DNA of 43,060 nucleotides, taken from the NCBI GenBank assembly GCA_051439425.1, contig JBFRWD010000117.1, forward strand, positions 1-43,060. Reading direction: 5' to 3'. The position numbers and the translations under genes are program-made. The notes under the pieces were generated by a model. That model was not told where the DNA came from, made no database searches, and saw only the letters and a list, made by a program, of their open reading frames with translations. Of this stretch, positions 39,913 through 43,060 are shown in pieces (positions within the stretch are counted from its first letter, which is position 1; each line of letters starts with the position of its first letter). The stretch comes from Synechococcus sp. (GTDB lineage Bacteria > Cyanobacteriota > Cyanobacteriia > Thermostichales > PCC-7336).

Positions 39913-41136
39913 TTGAGCACCTGGGTTTACGTTATTCCACCGTTGGCTGGCCTGGTGATTGGATATTTCACCAACGACATCGCCATCAAAATGCTGTTTC
40001 GCCCCTACCGGGCTTACCATCTCGGTAGTTTCAAGCTTCCCTTCACCCCCGGCCTCATCCCCCAAAACCAATCCCGTTTGGCCCAGAAAATATCGGACGC
40101 CATCATGGGCTCCCTCCTCACCCCCGAGGAGCTACAAAAATTGGCCCGTCGCCTATTGGAACCGGAACGGGTTACAGGAGCTATTCAGTGGTTGCTGGAG
40201 CTAGCGGTCGATCGCCTGCAAAACCCAAAACAGCAGGAACAAACGGCTATCGTCTTGGGACACATTCTGGCCGACCTGTTTGGCGAGTCGTTGCCCCGTC
40301 TGATTCGGGCATTGGCCCGCCAAGAAAATTTTTTGGAGGAACAGCTCAACCAAATTTTCGACAGTGTATTGCTGGAAGTGCGTCTGTCTCCGAACCAAGC
40401 CCAACAACTATCGCAGTGGGTGCTAGACCAGGTTATCCCACCCAATATTTTGCGACAGGGGTTGGTAGATTTCCTTACCGATCGCAATATCAATGCCCTC
40501 GATGAAGAATTTCGCGAACGAGCAACGGGTTCTTATTGGGTAGTCGCCAATCTTTTTGGTCTCAAAAACGCCCTCACCCGTCTCCGTTCCTATTGTTTGG
40601 ATGACCCGGAGGGGGCAGATGAAATCTTGGAGGAGTTATTGGGCGCACTGGGGGCTCAGCGCCGCCTCACTGAAATTTCTCAAAATCTATCCTTGCAAAA
40701 CTTGCCCGTATCCACCGTCCGTCAACTGCGACAGGCCATGCGCGAAAGCGTGCGCGACTTCCTACGAGAAAACGGTGGCTCTCTGCTGCAAGATCTGAGC
40801 AATTCTATCAATTGGACCAGCGTTGCCAAACTCGTGCTGGCTCGCCTGCAACGGTCTTCCGTCCTCGACACCGCCATCCCTCAAATCAGCGCCGATTTAG
40901 CCAACATCCTCAAGCGCTATCTCGATCGCGACATAGAGTCCATCATGACCCAAGTAATCCCAATTCTAAATATCGACAAAGTCATCGTCGATCGCGTCAA
41001 CGCCACCCCCCCAGAAAATCTCGAACAAGCAATTCAAGACATCGTCCGCAGCGAGTTACAAGCGATCGTCAATCTGGGAGGTATCCTGGGTTTTCTCGTT
41101 GGCTGCATCCAAGTCCTCATCCTGCAATTCACCTGA
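39913..41136 (+). CDS. DUF445 (YheB/UPF0754) family membrane protein
   Basis: [17 protein letters not shown]...TPGLIP N-terminus and [18 protein letters not shown]-terminus; TTG start. Confidence 0.92.
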   Translation: MSTWVYVIPPLAGLVIGYFTNDIAIKMLFRPYRAYHLGSFKLPFTPGLIPQNQSRLAQKISDAIMGSLLTPEELQKLARRLLEPERVTGAIQWLLELAVDRLQNPKQQEQTAIVLGHILADLFGESLPRLIRALARQENFLEEQLNQIFDSVLLEVRLSPNQAQQLSQWVLDQVIPPNILRQGLVDFLTDRNINALDEEFRERATGSYWVVANLFGLKNALTRLRSYCLDDPEGADEILEELLGALGAQRRLTEISQNLSLQNLPVSTVRQLRQAMRESVRDFLRENGGSLLQDLSNSINWTSVAKLVLARLQRSSVLDTAIPQISADLANILKRYLDRDIESIMTQVIPILNIDKVIVDRVNATPPENLEQAIQDIVRSELQAIVNLGGILGFLVGCIQVLILQFT

Positions 41137-41371
41137 AATAAGACATCCCAACAGTCAGGATTGTTGGTTGGCCATCAGCGAAAGATCGATGAGGTCATAA
41201 GGGTGCACCTCACATAATGCAATCTGGCAATCTGCCCATTCGATCTCGCCGGCCACGCAGTGCATCCCCAGTTGCAGTCCCAATCGATAGTCAGCCGCCG
41301 CCTTCTCCAGTGAGTTCACGAGCCTAAATCTTTCCTCATGACAAAGGACTAGGGACGAATGACCCTCTCAG

Positions 41372-41764
41372 TCACTCCCGACAAGCCGAACACAGCCCGT
41401 AAAAGTCCAACACATGCCGCTCGATCTGAAAGTCGTATTCTTCAGACAACTGCTGCTCCAAACTTCTGACCGGACAGCTCGGCAACGGCATCACCTTACG
41501 ACAGGATGTACAAATCAAATGATGACTGCTGTGACTGCTCTTGACTGCTACCTGGTAGTACGCCTGATTATCTTCTAAGTCTAATTCCTGCAGAAACCCG
41601 CCATCTTTCAAGGAGGCGATCGCTCGATACACAGTTGCCAAACCGATTGGGCGATCGCTCTCCCGCAACTCCATAAAAATTTCTTGGGCAGACAGCGGTT
41701 GAGAGCGACCGTCAAGCATATCCAAAACCGCTTGTTCGCCTCGTGTGTGGTTAGTTGCGGCCAT
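41372..41764 (-). CDS. zur: Fur-family regulator, Zur-type
   Basis: SAQEIFMELR...IGLATVYR, HHLICTSC, CPV..LEQQL and FYGLCSAC closely follow the cyanobacterial Zur (FurB) pattern. ATG at 41764. Confidence 0.8.
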   Translation of the reverse strand: MAATNHTRGEQAVLDMLDGRSQPLSAQEIFMELRESDRPIGLATVYRAIASLKDGGFLQELDLEDNQAYYQVAVKSSHSSHHLICTSCRKVMPLPSCPVRSLEQQLSEEYDFQIERHVLDFYGLCSACRE

Positions 41765-42018
41765 AGATGCGCTCAGAAGTACCGTCTCCTTCAATTATCT
41801 AAAATTTTGCCCTAAGGTCTAAACGTTAATCTGCAACACAGGCAGCAACTTGAGTCTGACAAGCTTCGTACTCTAAGACGAACAGCATCGATATCGACTA
41901 ACCTCACGTCATCCACGTACTCTGTCAAGCATAAGAACAGAGACCAGGACTACCTCACAGGCTGACTGCAATATGCTCGATTGGCGATAGAACGCTTGGA
42001 AGTCAGCCTGACAACGCG

Positions 42019-42336
42019 CTAAGGATCGATTTCGGATTTCATCCGTTCCAGCGTTTTATTCATTTGGTCGAACATCTGAGCGGGAGAAATTCCCATACTC
42101 CCAAACTGACTTTGAAGCTGCTTCATGCTCATTTGAGCCATAAAGTCATCCGACAACTCCATCCGCTTCATAAAAATCTTTTGCCGATCCATCAGCGCTT
42201 CCATTTGGCTGATGAACATCTTTTTACCTTCGCGATCGAACTTGCCGTAATCGCCACCCAATTGCATCAAAGACTGAAAGTCATTGAACAGCTCTTGGGC
42301 TTCATTTTTCACAATATCGGAGTCGAAGAAACCCAT
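42019..42336 (-). CDS. DUF1825 family cyanobacterial protein
   Basis: MGFFDSDIV...YGKFDREGKKMFI..ME.LMDR..IFMKRMELSDDF. Confidence 0.88.
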   Translation of the reverse strand: MGFFDSDIVKNEAQELFNDFQSLMQLGGDYGKFDREGKKMFISQMEALMDRQKIFMKRMELSDDFMAQMSMKQLQSQFGSMGISPAQMFDQMNKTLERMKSEIDP

Positions 42337-42606
42337 CGGTCACCTCGCTAAACAGTCGCGGCCATTTCATTCAAGGCCATAATCATCCTAACGGATGGAA
42401 CTTTATCAACTAGGTGAATCCACCGGCCTAGCCAGATTGTTGGAGGTGGGGATTCCCGCCAGAGCAACCCCCTCCGAACTATACTTTGGTGAATTGCTGG
42501 ATGCTAAACCTGCAGACGTCAGTTCGACATCGCGACAGCTTTCTGCCATGGCTCAACCGAGCGAGCGTTAACCATGAGCTTATCTGGATGCCTGCAAATA
42601 AGAGTT

Positions 42607-43060
42607 TCAGAACAATTTGACTTCTAAAAACACACCGACGGCAATGTCGTCGGCACCAATGCTGTGTCGCCAATTCACTTGGCTGGCCAACCTTAATCTG
42701 CGAGTGAGGTGGTACGCCGCCGTAACCGAACCCAATGTTGCCTCGTCTCCGGCAAATGGGTCGAGCAGACTGTATGACACCGCCAAATCGGCAGCTCCGG
42801 GGGCCAAAGCAACGGTTCCTAGCAGGCCCACGTTCACCCCGTCGTTGATGCGATCGCCTAAATCAAGATGGCGAAATCCCAACAGCGGCGCAACGTTAAC
42901 GTAAGAGCCGCGTGGAAAGAGGTAATACCCCAGATCGACTCCATAGTCCTCATCCGACTGGTCATCAAATGCGGCACGATAATGCCCCCTCACCACCGCA
43001 CGGTCGTAGACGGTGATGTCTTCAATCCCAACGAGCCATTCACGATTGCTTGCTACCCCC
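42607..43060 (-). CDS. Probable outer-membrane beta-barrel-like conserved protein; 5'-truncated by the window edge
   Basis: Frame is open to the window end (GVASNREWLVGIEDI...). Alternating amphipathic beta strands and a C-terminal Phe (EVKLF). Confidence 0.75.
   Translation of the reverse strand, partial: GVASNREWLVGIEDITVYDRAVVRGHYRAAFDDQSDEDYGVDLGYYLFPRGSYVNVAPLLGFRHLDLGDRINDGVNVGLLGTVALAPGAADLAVSYSLLDPFAGDEATLGSVTAAYHLTRRLRLASQVNWRHSIGADDIAVGVFLEVKLF

Noticed and set aside
42442..42475. G/C-rich hairpin upstream of the DUF1825 gene
   Set aside because: Imperfect stem without a clear U-tract; cannot be assigned as a terminator or ncRNA.

Overview
Chromosomal window from a cyanobacterium. 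The evidence is dispersed HIP1 octamers (GCGATCGC) and cyanobacteria-type genes (HHL1-like, DUF1825, DUF445, Zur). Both flanks are mostly housekeeping or conserved genes: amidase, ligA, ruvB, folC, zur, a GT2 and a LysE/Lrp pair. The most interesting part is a ~13 kb cluster at about 21.95-34.8 kb that looks like a complete uptake and catabolism system for an unknown sulfur-containing anion. It has a TauE/SafE exporter and an SsuABC/TauABC-type ABC importer whose binding protein carries a Cys-less NosL-like tail. It also has a LysR regulator fused to a cytoplasmic paralog of that same binding protein. The remaining genes are an APS-reductase-like (AprA/AprB-like) flavoprotein and ferredoxin pair, a HEAT-repeat protein, an Mrp/ApbC Fe-S carrier and a YeiH-type exporter, followed by a decayed duplicate of the mrp 3' end. 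Other notable items are an orphan TAXI lipoprotein with a membrane anchor and cytoplasmic tail, a single-domain 3/3 globin, a response regulator with a degenerate PP2C domain, two inverted copies of a bipartite heptamer repeat element, and several short tandem repeats and hairpins. All calls come from reading the sequence and translations by eye; no searches were run.
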